Positions 37,626 to 45,969 of a stretch of DNA of 64,000 nucleotides are shown here, one piece after another. Position numbers and translations under genes: made by a program. Under the pieces are notes generated by a model. The model was not told the origin of the DNA, made no database searches, and saw only the letters and a program-made list of their open reading frames with translations. The DNA is from an uncultured Gemmatimonadales bacterium (GTDB lineage: Bacteria; Gemmatimonadota; Gemmatimonadetes; Gemmatimonadales; GWC2-71-9). Within the stretch, counting starts at the first letter, position 1. Every line of letters begins with the position of its first letter. The stretch is from NCBI GenBank assembly GCA_963828735.1, contig CAWHFW010000005.1, positions 480,001 to 544,000 of the forward strand, given 5' to 3'.

Positions 37626-37698
37626 TGCGCCGCGTAGGAATCGAACCTACAACCTAGTGATTAAGAGTCACTTGCTCTGCCAATTGAGCTAGCGGCGC
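37626..37698 (-). tRNA. tRNA-Lys(CTT)
   Basis: GCGCCGC/GCGGCGC acceptor, AGTGA-CT-CTT-AA-TCACT, GGTTCGATTCC; CCA not encoded. Confidence 0.96.
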
Positions 37699-37726
37699 TC
37701 ACCTTCGTCCCTACGCCCCGGCCCCA

Positions 37727-37798
37727 TAGCCCCAAGGGGAGTCGAACCCCTCTCTGGACCTTGAAAGGGTCCCGTCCTAACCGATAGACGATGGGGCC
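37727..37798 (-). tRNA. tRNA-Glu(TTC)
   Basis: GGACC-CT-TTC-AA-GGTCC, GGTTCGACTCC. Confidence 0.95.
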
Positions 37799-37817
37799 CT
37801 ACTCCTGCCTCCTGCTA

Positions 37818-37890
37818 TAGCGCTAACGGGATTCGAACCCGTGTTTGGGCCTTGAGAGGGCCCCGTCCTAGTCCCCTAGACGATAGCGCC
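37818..37890 (-). tRNA. tRNA-Glu(CTC)
   Basis: GGGCC-CT-CTC-AA-GGCCC, GGTTCGAATCC. Confidence 0.95.
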
Positions 37891-37925
37891 TTGGGTCCCG
37901 CGATCCTGCCACACACACCCACGCA

Positions 37926-37998
37926 CAGGCCCGGAGGGAATCGAACCCCCAACCCCCGGTTTTGGAGACCGGTGCTCTACCAATTGAGCTACGGACCT
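37926..37998 (-). tRNA. tRNA-Trp(CCA)
   Basis: CCGGT-CT-CCA-AA-ACCGG, GGTTCGATTCC. Confidence 0.95.
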
Positions 37999-38012
37999 CT
38001 GACCTCTACCAG

Positions 38013-38087
38013 GGTGGCTGACGGGACTTGAACCCGCAACCTCCGGAGCCACAGTCCGGCGCTCTAACCGATTGAGCTACAACCACC
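38013..38087 (-). tRNA. tRNA-His(GTG)
   Basis: G-1/C73 pair, CCGGA-CT-GTG-GC-TCCGG, GGTTCAAGTCC. Confidence 0.95.
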
Positions 38088-38146
38088 GCGAGGAGCCTGG
38101 GCCCCGTTCCAGAGCCCGAAAAAGTACCGCGCCATCCGGGTTCTGG

Positions 38147-38779
38147 TCAAGGCCAGAACCTGCTCGCGAGCCGCTCCGTTTCGGGCGCTTCCGCAATCGC
38201 TCCGCCGTCGAGTGAGGCGACCGGTACGACGCCGCGGACCGCGTTCGCGACGAACATCGGCATGCCCCGGACCTCGTCGATGGTCACCTTCCGCTCCCGG
38301 ATCTCGCCCACGATCTCGGCGATCCGGGCCCGGGCGACGCCCGGCAGGATCCCGAGCTCGAGCGGCGGCGCCGCCACCTGGCCGTCCTCCCACCAGAATA
38401 CGCCCCAGATGGCCGTCTCGGCGACCTGCCCGCCGACCGTGAGCAGCAGTCCGTCGTCCGCCCCCGCCGCCTTGGCGTCGGCGAGCGCCCGATCGAATCG
38501 CTCGCGGTCGACAAGCTTATGCGGATACGGGCGATGGACCACCTTGGACGTCAGCAGCCGCACGGGAGCGACGTTTCCTACCGGACGCTCACCCACCACC
38601 AGCCCGCGCCGGCTCGCCAGCATCCGATGCACGCGATCGGCCCCGCCCTCAGGCGTGATCAGCTCCGTCGGGATCGGGACACCCAGCGCCCGACAGCTCG
38701 TGGCGAGGCGCCGGACGTGGAGGTGCCAGAGCGGTGCGGCGCCGTTCCGGATCCGGACGGTCTCGATTAGGGTATCCAT
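38147..38779 (-). CDS. aminotransferase class IV (PabC-like)
   Basis: LIETVRI, HVRRL, HK, GQVAETAIW, GILPGVAR, FVANAVRG. Confidence 0.85.
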   Translation of the reverse strand: MDTLIETVRIRNGAAPLWHLHVRRLATSCRALGVPIPTELITPEGGADRVHRMLASRRGLVVGERPVGNVAPVRLLTSKVVHRPYPHKLVDRERFDRALADAKAAGADDGLLLTVGGQVAETAIWGVFWWEDGQVAAPPLELGILPGVARARIAEIVGEIRERKVTIDEVRGMPMFVANAVRGVVPVASLDGGAIAEAPETERLASRFWP

Positions 38780-39711
38780 CGCGAGCTCCCTTCGACAGCG
38801 CCACCGCCGCCGTTCGCGACCACCGCCAACTCCGCCGGAGGGGTGATCGCGCGCTGCGCACGCGCGTCGAGCCAGCCCTTGAGGGTCGTCGCACCGAGGA
38901 TGATCGCGCCGCCCAACAGCGCCCAGGGGCCCGGCCGCTCGCCCTGGAACAACCACGCCCATACCGGATTGAGCACCGGCTCGATCAACAGGATCAGCGA
39001 GGCCTCGAGCGCCGGGATGTGCCGCAATCCCGACGTCACCAGCACGTAGGCGACCGCGATCTGGAACACACCGAGGTAGATCACCACCGCCCAGTCGACC
39101 GTCGAGTGCCCGCTGAGCGGGAGCGCCATCGGCAGCGCGACCAGGAACGCCGTGACGTTGCCGCTCACCACCGCGGCCATCGCCGATCCCTGCCCCCGTT
39201 CGCCCGCTCCCAGCCATCGGAGCCCGCACACCGTCAGCGCCCAGCAGAAACCGCTGACGAGCGCCAGGATGTTCCCGCGCACGGGATCGGGCGCGGTGGC
39301 CACCGGCGCCTCCGCGCTGACGAAGAACAGCGCCAGCCCGACGCCCACCGCCGCCATGAGACCGAGGTCCTGCCGCCGGATCGGCTCCTTGAGGAGCCAG
39401 GGACTCAGCACCAGTAGGTACAGCGGCGCGGTGCTCTGCAGGAAGATCGTGTTCGCCGCGGTGGTGAGCCGGTTGGCAAGGACGAACAGGGTGAGGCAGG
39501 CGGCGTAGGCCAATCCCACGAGCACCGCGCGCACGCTCCATCCGCGGCGGGCCGCCGGCGTGATGAGCACGATCGCGAGTGCGGCGATGCCGCTCCGAAG
39601 GCACGCCGTCTGCCAGCCGGTGAACTCGGCGGCCTTGATCGCCGCGCCGCCGGTCGAGAACAGCATGGCGGCGACCGCGAGCTGCAGCCGGGCGCGAGGA
39701 CGGGCGGGCAT
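38767..39711 (-). CDS. EamA/DMT family transporter
   Basis: about 10 TM; LFSTGGAAIK, TAANTIFLQSTAP, LIEPVLNPVW. Confidence 0.9.
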   Translation of the reverse strand: MPARPRARLQLAVAAMLFSTGGAAIKAAEFTGWQTACLRSGIAALAIVLITPAARRGWSVRAVLVGLAYAACLTLFVLANRLTTAANTIFLQSTAPLYLLVLSPWLLKEPIRRQDLGLMAAVGVGLALFFVSAEAPVATAPDPVRGNILALVSGFCWALTVCGLRWLGAGERGQGSAMAAVVSGNVTAFLVALPMALPLSGHSTVDWAVVIYLGVFQIAVAYVLVTSGLRHIPALEASLILLIEPVLNPVWAWLFQGERPGPWALLGGAIILGATTLKGWLDARAQRAITPPAELAVVANGGGGAVEGSSRWIP

Positions 39712-39907
39712 GGCGCGAAGATAACCGCGGCTCGATCGAGAACGCCATCGCGGCTGGTGTCATCGGCATGCTCGGCCAGCTCCTGGACCAGCACATGGAC
39801 GGGGTCGGTGCTGGTGGTCCGGCGGGATGCCTGAATGTTGGCGAATGGACCCCACGCGGCCCGGGTGTTCGAAGGTGGCGTAGCCGGTATTCGCCGGATC
39901 CGCGCCG

Positions 39908-40219
39908 TTAATCGACGCCCACCACCGTCTGCAGGAGCCGAGGGTGCTCCGGGTCCGATAGATCGACCCAGGTCCAGGGCACCCGCCTCGTGCGTGCACG
40001 GCGCCCGAGCCCAAGCGCCCGAAGCGTAGGAAGCTGGTGCCCGAAGGCGAGCAGGCGCGCAAGTCGGCCATGCGGACCTACCACGAGGTGTGTGACCAGG
40101 TACTCGTCGCCGTCCGGCACGGCCTCGACGTCCTCGATCCTGCCCACGGGAAAGCCGTGGGCGTCCATCAGGAGGCAGCCCATCAGGCGCTCCAACCGGA
40201 TCTCGCGCGCGGCCGTCAC
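39908..40219 (-). CDS. PRC-barrel-like protein
   Basis: LMGCLLMDAHGFPVGRIEDV, VPWTWV; GTGA coupling. Confidence 0.7.
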   Translation of the reverse strand: MTAAREIRLERLMGCLLMDAHGFPVGRIEDVEAVPDGDEYLVTHLVVGPHGRLARLLAFGHQLPTLRALGLGRRARTRRVPWTWVDLSDPEHPRLLQTVVGVD

Positions 40220-40560
40220 GCGCCGGGGATCCGCCCGATGACGTGGTCCCGAACCCATCGCTCCCAGTGCAGCGCCGGACTCGGCTCCGTCTCCACGTCC
40301 ACCTTGACGTCCACGCCGATCTTCACGACCCGACTCCATGGAATGCGAGCCGTGTGGCCCGGGCCGCCCAGCTTCCGCTCGACCCAGCGCGCCAGCCCGC
40401 GGTGAAGCCGCCAGAGAATCGTCGTACCACCCACCACTACGTGCGTCGCGCGAGCCGGCTCGCCCGCTCGTGCCTCCAGCACGATGCCGTCCACCTTGCC
40501 CATCTGGCAGTCATGGACGTCGATGACCTCCTGGTCGAGCACCGTGCGGCCGAGCAGCAT
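40216..40560 (-). CDS. PRC-barrel domain protein
   Basis: VLDQEVIDVHDCQMGKVDGI, RIPWSRV, WERWVRDHVIGRIPG. Confidence 0.75.
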   Translation of the reverse strand: MLLGRTVLDQEVIDVHDCQMGKVDGIVLEARAGEPARATHVVVGGTTILWRLHRGLARWVERKLGGPGHTARIPWSRVVKIGVDVKVDVETEPSPALHWERWVRDHVIGRIPGA

Positions 40561-40561
40561 C

Positions 40562-41776
40562 TCAGTTCCCGAGCAGCTGGAGAGGGATGGCCACCAGCGC
40601 GACCACGCACGCCACCAGGCTCACGGCGAGCACCGCGGCGTTGCTGATCCAGCCGTTAGTATGATCGCCGAGGTACATCGAGTCGTTCATGAGCACCAGC
40701 AGCGGCACCACCGTCACCGGCAGTGACAGGGCAGTCAGAGCCATCGCGAACACCGTGAGCTTGAGGGGATCGATCCCCGTGAGGATGACCACCGCCGCCA
40801 GTGGCAGGGCCAGCGTGTATACCAGCGCGAACCGGGCCGCCTCACGCGGACGGAGGTTCTCGCCCCATCGCCACCCGAAGCCCTGGGCGGCAAGGTAGGC
40901 GAGCTGCAGCGCGATCTCGAGCGCGGCTCCGAAGCACGCCACCGCGAGAGACGCGATGAAGAGCACGAACCCCGCTTGGCCTAAGGGCGAGCTCAGAAGG
41001 AGCGGCAGCTGCTCGTAGCGGTCCACTTGAATGCCGAGAGGATGTAGCACCATCGCGGCACACACGAGCACCGCCACCGCCACCGCTCCCCCGAACGTCA
41101 TGCCGAGACCGGAGACGATTCGATTGATGACGAGGTAACCTTCGTCCCACTCGTCCTCGACGGCGCCCGCCGAATAGAAGTAGAACAGGTACGGGCTGAC
41201 CGAGGCGCCGACGATGCTCACGGCCATGAACCAGTAGCGGGCCGGATCGTGCGTCGGGAGCGAGGGCAGCAGATGCGCTGCCAGGTCGGACGGGCTGGGA
41301 TGCAGTCGCACCGCTCCCACCACGAAGGCAAGCGTCACGAGGCCGAGCATGGACGCTCCCTTCTCGATTATGCCAAACGTGCCTTTCCAGAGGAAGAGCC
41401 ACAGGAGCGCCGCCACGGGAAGCGCCCACCAGCGGAGCGACACTCCGCTGGCGAACTGCAGAGCGAGGCACACGCCGCCGATCTCCGAGGCGAGCACGAG
41501 AAAGGACACCAGCGCCACCGTGACGAGCGGCACGAGAAAGAAGCCGATGCCGAACCGCTCGCGCATGGCGTCAGGCAGCGTGTGACGGCTGACGGCCGCG
41601 AGGCGACCGCCCATTTCGACCAGGAACGCGATGCACACGGTCCCGAGCACGATCGCCCAGGCGAGCTGAAAGCCGAATGCGGATCCGGCTTGCGCAGCGG
41701 TGGCAAGCGATCCGGCTTCGAGAAAGCCGCCGATACCGGTCACGATGCCGAGGGCGATCTCGAGCAGCTTGCTCAC
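40562..41776 (-). CDS. NRAMP-related divalent metal transporter
   Basis: about 11 TM; ATAAQAGSAFGFQLAW, EMGGRL, RERFG, GASVSPY, MND..YLG.HTN. Confidence 0.88.
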   Translation of the reverse strand: MSKLLEIALGIVTGIGGFLEAGSLATAAQAGSAFGFQLAWAIVLGTVCIAFLVEMGGRLAAVSRHTLPDAMRERFGIGFFLVPLVTVALVSFLVLASEIGGVCLALQFASGVSLRWWALPVAALLWLFLWKGTFGIIEKGASMLGLVTLAFVVGAVRLHPSPSDLAAHLLPSLPTHDPARYWFMAVSIVGASVSPYLFYFYSAGAVEDEWDEGYLVINRIVSGLGMTFGGAVAVAVLVCAAMVLHPLGIQVDRYEQLPLLLSSPLGQAGFVLFIASLAVACFGAALEIALQLAYLAAQGFGWRWGENLRPREAARFALVYTLALPLAAVVILTGIDPLKLTVFAMALTALSLPVTVVPLLVLMNDSMYLGDHTNGWISNAAVLAVSLVACVVALVAIPLQLLGN

Positions 41777-42027
41777 GGTGCCTGCGCCTCACGGAGTCGG
41801 GTCTCGGCTTGCTCACGTCCTTCCGCCGCGGCGCGGCGCACCTGTTCGGCGAAGAGCGCCGGCACGGCTTGGCGTGCCTGCTCGCGCCGTAGCAGCTCGA
41901 GAGTCGCGTCCCATGACCGGAGCTCGGCCTTGGCCTTGTCCGCCTCCTTCGCGGACGACCTGCCGCACGCGAGCTGGATGCCCGCAAGCGCGATGAGCCG
42001 GAGCCCTCGAGCTCTAGCTGCGGTCAC
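41773..42027 (-). CDS. small helical lipoprotein
   Basis: lipobox QLAC; GTGA coupling to the NRAMP gene; start uncertain (42027 or 42063). Confidence 0.55.
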   Translation of the reverse strand: MTAARARGLRLIALAGIQLACGRSSAKEADKAKAELRSWDATLELLRREQARQAVPALFAEQVRRAAAEGREQAETRLREAQAP

Positions 42028-42469
42028 GGCGTCGAGGCGGGGTGTTCCGGTGATGACGCACATGCGGACTTGATACCGGTCCGGTCACGGTACCGTGTCC
42101 CGTCTCGCCCGGGGAAGCGCCGGAGGCGGCTTGCGCCCGAGCTGCCCAGGTGAAGTGCGGTGTCGGAGCGCTGATCCTCCGACTATCACTCGGCAGGCGC
42201 GGGGGCTCGTGAGTCGACCGTCCAAGACTCTGCAGCAGGCCCGTGGGTCGGCGCCCCGTATCGAAGAAATGCGGTTTCGCGGCGCCCCCGTCGCTCACTC
42301 CCGAGGCCGAAGCGTCGGCGTCGGCGCCCATGCCCATGAGCTGGCCGCGGAGGCCGCGGCACGCGCCAGACAAGCACAACGTCGCCGTGGCGATCGTGCG
42401 AATGAACCGTCTGATTGACCGTGGAGTCGACGTGGTAGCCTCCAATCTCGGACACCCCGGCGGCTTCAT
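42014..42469 (-). CDS. hypothetical protein
   Basis: ATGA overlap with the cytochrome stop and fills the operon gap; weak lipobox SGAC; composition not convincing. Confidence 0.3.
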   Translation of the reverse strand: MKPPGCPRLEATTSTPRSIRRFIRTIATATLCLSGACRGLRGQLMGMGADADASASGVSDGGAAKPHFFDTGRRPTGLLQSLGRSTHEPPRLPSDSRRISAPTPHFTWAARAQAASGASPGETGHGTVTGPVSSPHVRHHRNTPPRRRDRS

Positions 42470-42993
42470 CCTCCCGCCCCGACCGCCGCCGGCAAGCTCA
42501 CCGTATCCGGCGAGACCGTGTGCGCTGGTGACGGAGGCTTCACGGGCTCGTTCCCCGTCCCGAGGCTCCGGATGAAAGCCACAATCCGCCAGATCTGATC
42601 GTCCTGCAGGCGTCCGCGCCAGGCGGGCATGCCATTGGGACGTCCTTCCGCGATGCTCGAGAACACCTGGGCGTCGTTGTGGCCATAAAGCCAGAGCGAG
42701 TCGCGCAGGCTCGGGCCCATCCCGCCGCCAGCATAGGCGGAGTGGCACCCGCCGCAGTTCATGCCGGTAAAGAGCTGCTGTCCGGCCACGATGGCCGCCT
42801 TGTCGCCGGTGTAGGGGTTGGTGACCGCTCCGAGGACGACCTGCGGCCGGATGCCGGGCTCGACCCCCCCGGTCGGCTGGTCGCCCGTCGAGCCCTGATC
42901 CGACACCCGGGTCTCGTCCTGTTGCAGGCCGGAACGGGTGCACGCAGCCGCTCCGAGAGCGGCGGCGAGCACCGTCAGCATCAGCCATCGCAT
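42466..42993 (-). CDS. xoxG: c-type cytochrome lipoprotein (XoxG/cytochrome cL-like)
   Basis: lipobox AAAC; NPYTGD, CGGCH heme motif, GGGMGPSL, GMPAW. Confidence 0.85.
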   Translation of the reverse strand: MRWLMLTVLAAALGAAACTRSGLQQDETRVSDQGSTGDQPTGGVEPGIRPQVVLGAVTNPYTGDKAAIVAGQQLFTGMNCGGCHSAYAGGGMGPSLRDSLWLYGHNDAQVFSSIAEGRPNGMPAWRGRLQDDQIWRIVAFIRSLGTGNEPVKPPSPAHTVSPDTVSLPAAVGAGG

Positions 42994-43898
42994 GGCTCCT
43001 CCTTCGAAGCGCTCGATCGGCACTTGCTCACTGGTACACGCAGGCTGACGCGAGGGTGCGCGTCCTCCTGCGGCGAGTCGCCGAGGAGTGGTACCCCGTA
43101 TTGGCGGAGCACCCGCTCGATGTCAGGCTGCCGGCGCGCCATCGCACCATCGAGTTGCGCGCGGAGGGCGGTATCTCCGGGCCGAACCCCCGCGGCGATT
43201 GCGAACGTGAAGCGCAGCCCCGGTGGGTCTTCCGCCGGCGTGACGCGCCGAAGGCGCATCGGCACCCCTTCGCGGGTGCCGAAGTAGCCGGCGAACGGTC
43301 CCCACACGATGGCGAGGTCAACCTCCCCGCGTGCGACCGCGCGGACCAGATCGGACGGCGGGTTGGGCTTCGCGTAATTGCCGTAGATGCTATATCCGAC
43401 CACGTTCTGCACGATATGCCGCCGGGCCAGCGCGTGGGCCGGCGGCGGGTTCATGTAGTCATCGCCTATGAAATGGATACCGATGCGCAGCGTCCGCAGC
43501 CGTGGATCGTCGAGCGACCGGACGTCCAGGTGACGGTCGCGCCGGGACAGAAAGACGTACGTCGAGGTGTAATAGGGGCGCGTAGGGAGCACGCGGTCGC
43601 TCCTTGCGGGGATGCCGAGCACGACGTCGCAGCGTCCGGCGCTCAGCGTCTTACGGATGAACCCGCGCCACTCCGGCGCCCAGGTGTAGACGACCGGGCG
43701 ATGCAGCTCGTCTCCAACGATCTCGGCGATCCGGTTTTCGAAGCCCTCCCGGCGCTCGTTCGAGAACGGCAGGTTGTTCGGATCGGCGCAGACGCGAAGC
43801 GGCGGCGGGGGCGCTGCGGCCATGAGGGCCGCGCCGAGTGCGGCCACGAACGTCGCGGACGACAGAGCGAGCCCAGCACTACGGCAGCGCGAAGACAT
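42981..43898 (-). CDS. xoxJ: MoxJ/XoxJ-family periplasmic binding protein
   Basis: LRVCADPNNLPFSN..EGFENRIAE, TRPYYTSTYVF, AIVWGPFAGY. Confidence 0.9.
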   Translation of the reverse strand: MSSRCRSAGLALSSATFVAALGAALMAAAPPPPLRVCADPNNLPFSNERREGFENRIAEIVGDELHRPVVYTWAPEWRGFIRKTLSAGRCDVVLGIPARSDRVLPTRPYYTSTYVFLSRRDRHLDVRSLDDPRLRTLRIGIHFIGDDYMNPPPAHALARRHIVQNVVGYSIYGNYAKPNPPSDLVRAVARGEVDLAIVWGPFAGYFGTREGVPMRLRRVTPAEDPPGLRFTFAIAAGVRPGDTALRAQLDGAMARRQPDIERVLRQYGVPLLGDSPQEDAHPRVSLRVPVSKCRSSASKEEPCDG

Positions 43899-45792
43899 AC
43901 ACCATTCCACCAGGCGCCGTATAGTTCGGCAAGTCCTTCATGGCGTTGACGAAGCCGAGGGCGGCGGTCGGATCCGACGGCGACAAGCCGAGTGCCACGG
44001 CGCCGGCCCATCCGCCGACGCCGGCGTACACGGCGACGTACTGCTTGCCATCGGGGCCCAGGTACGACATGAAGTTGCCGATGAGACCCGAGCCGGTCTT
44101 GAACTTCCACAGCACCTCGCCGGTGCGCGCGTTCACCGCCTTCACCCATCCATCCATCGTGCCGTAGAAGGTCACGTCGCCACCGGTGACGAGCGCCCCC
44201 GTCCAAACGGGAAAGCGCTCTGGTATCCGCCATACCTTCTTGCCGGCGACCGGGTCCCACGCGAAGAACTCGCCGCGGTTGCCTCCCGGCCCGGGGTACA
44301 TCATCACTTCGGCTCCGACATACGGCGTGCCCGCGATGTATCCCGTCTCGGTGGCCTTGTAGTCCATGCACAGGTTTGTGCCCGGGCTGTAGAAGAGGTG
44401 GGTGCGGAATGAGAAGGCGGCAGGCTGCTGATCCTTGGCCCCGGTAGCAGCCGGACAGATGTTGGTGACGTTGACGTCCTGATGGGTCTTCTTGTTCGGC
44501 ACCTCGATGGGACGGCCGGTCTTCAAGTCGATCCCGGAGGCCCAGTTGACGTGCTCGAAGGTCGGCGCTGACAACAGCTCACCCGTAGCGCGGTCGAACG
44601 TGTACACGAAGCCGGTCCGCCCGAACTGCACCAGGACCTTCCGCGGCTTCCCGTCGATCGTCAGATCCACAGGGATGTGCTCATTGATGTCGTCGTAGTC
44701 CCACTCGTCGTGCGGCGTCGTCTGATACGCCCAGATGGCGTCACCGGTGCGCGGATCGCGCGCGAAGCTCGCGGTCGACCAGAGATTGTCGCCCGGCCGG
44801 AGATCCGGGTTCCACACGCCAGGATTGCCCGAGCCGTAGAACAGCAGGTCCAGCTCGGGGTCGTAGCTGATCCAGCCCCACACACTGCCGCCGCCCCGCT
44901 GCCACTGATCCGGCGGCCACGACTTCACGCCGAGGTCGGTCCCGCGCATCCACGAGTAGAACGGCTTGAACCTCGGCCCGATGAGCACATCCTTGTCGGG
45001 CCCGCTGTTGTAGGCCTGCCAAAGTACCTTGCCGGTGCCCAGATCGAGCGCGGTGATCCAGCCGCGGACGCCCATCTCGCCGCCGCTGTTGCCGACGAAG
45101 ACGCGGCCGTTCACTATCAGCGGCGCCATCGTCATCGTCGAGCCTTCGTTGATGTCGCCGAGCTTGGTCTGCCACACCACCTTACCTGTCTCGGCGTCGA
45201 GCGCCACCGTTACGTTGTCCAGCCGGTTGAACACCAGTTTGCCGTCGGCGTAGGCAGCGCCCCGGTTCACCACGTCGCAGCAGGCTTCCCCACGTGCGGC
45301 GGGATCGGTCGCCGGCTGATAGCTCCACTTGAGCGGGCCGGTGGGATTGGCGAGATCGATCGCGAAGACGTTGTTGGGATGCGGGGTCACGACGTACATC
45401 GTGTGATCCACGACTAGTGGCGTCCCTTCGTGCCCGCGATTGATGCCGGTTGAGAGGGTCCAGGCCACGCGTAGATTCTTCGCGTTTTGGGCGGTGATCT
45501 GGGCGAGGGGGCTGTAGCGCGTGTTGGCGTAGTCCCGCCCGGGCAGCGTCCACTCCCCCGGCTCCGGCGCGCCGGGCTGTGCAGCGGCGCTGCTCGAGCT
45601 CGCGGCGGAGTCGACCGTTGCGATCGTCGCATTCGCGGCCTGAGCGTCCGCCCGCGACGCGCCACCGCCACCGCAGCCTGCTACCGCGACGAGCCCTGCG
45701 GCGACGATCGCGGAGGCATAGCACCGGTATATGCCCCTCCGCTCGCCATGCGCACCCGGCCCTGTGCGATATCCTTCGATCGTGATATACAT
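43879..45792 (-). CDS. xoxF: PQQ-dependent methanol/alcohol dehydrogenase, lanthanide-type (XoxF-like), lipoprotein
   Basis: RYSPLAQI, GHEGTPL, ACCDVVNRG, GGEMGVRG, GSGNP, PHDEWDYDD (D-x-D), GKQYVAV, YVFALP; lipobox VAGC. Confidence 0.9.
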   Translation of the reverse strand: MYITIEGYRTGPGAHGERRGIYRCYASAIVAAGLVAVAGCGGGGASRADAQAANATIATVDSAASSSSAAAQPGAPEPGEWTLPGRDYANTRYSPLAQITAQNAKNLRVAWTLSTGINRGHEGTPLVVDHTMYVVTPHPNNVFAIDLANPTGPLKWSYQPATDPAARGEACCDVVNRGAAYADGKLVFNRLDNVTVALDAETGKVVWQTKLGDINEGSTMTMAPLIVNGRVFVGNSGGEMGVRGWITALDLGTGKVLWQAYNSGPDKDVLIGPRFKPFYSWMRGTDLGVKSWPPDQWQRGGGSVWGWISYDPELDLLFYGSGNPGVWNPDLRPGDNLWSTASFARDPRTGDAIWAYQTTPHDEWDYDDINEHIPVDLTIDGKPRKVLVQFGRTGFVYTFDRATGELLSAPTFEHVNWASGIDLKTGRPIEVPNKKTHQDVNVTNICPAATGAKDQQPAAFSFRTHLFYSPGTNLCMDYKATETGYIAGTPYVGAEVMMYPGPGGNRGEFFAWDPVAGKKVWRIPERFPVWTGALVTGGDVTFYGTMDGWVKAVNARTGEVLWKFKTGSGLIGNFMSYLGPDGKQYVAVYAGVGGWAGAVALGLSPSDPTAALGFVNAMKDLPNYTAPGGMVYVFALP

Positions 45793-45969
45793 GGTGGCAC
45801 CGCGTGCCAAGTTGTCCGCCCAGGGAGTCCCGGGGCGACGGCAATGCGCGTCGCCCATGGTTACCGTTCTGCCGCGTGGTTTTACTAGACGCTTTTGGTG
45901 GACCTGATGCCGTGATGCGGGTCACCCGCGTCCTTCAGCCCCCTTCTGACGCCTGTGAGCACGCTGGCA

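Larger units (their letters stand above)
29106..37667. mobile_element. ~8.5 kb genomic island integrated at tRNA-Lys(CTT), no integrase gene visible
   Basis: 42-bp terminal direct repeats; accessory and decayed cargo (copper operon, PycTM-like gene). Confidence 0.85.

Noticed and set aside
42064..42465. pqqA-like precursor peptide downstream of xoxG
   Set aside because: No short ORF with a convincing ExxxY motif; no pqqB-E genes in the window.
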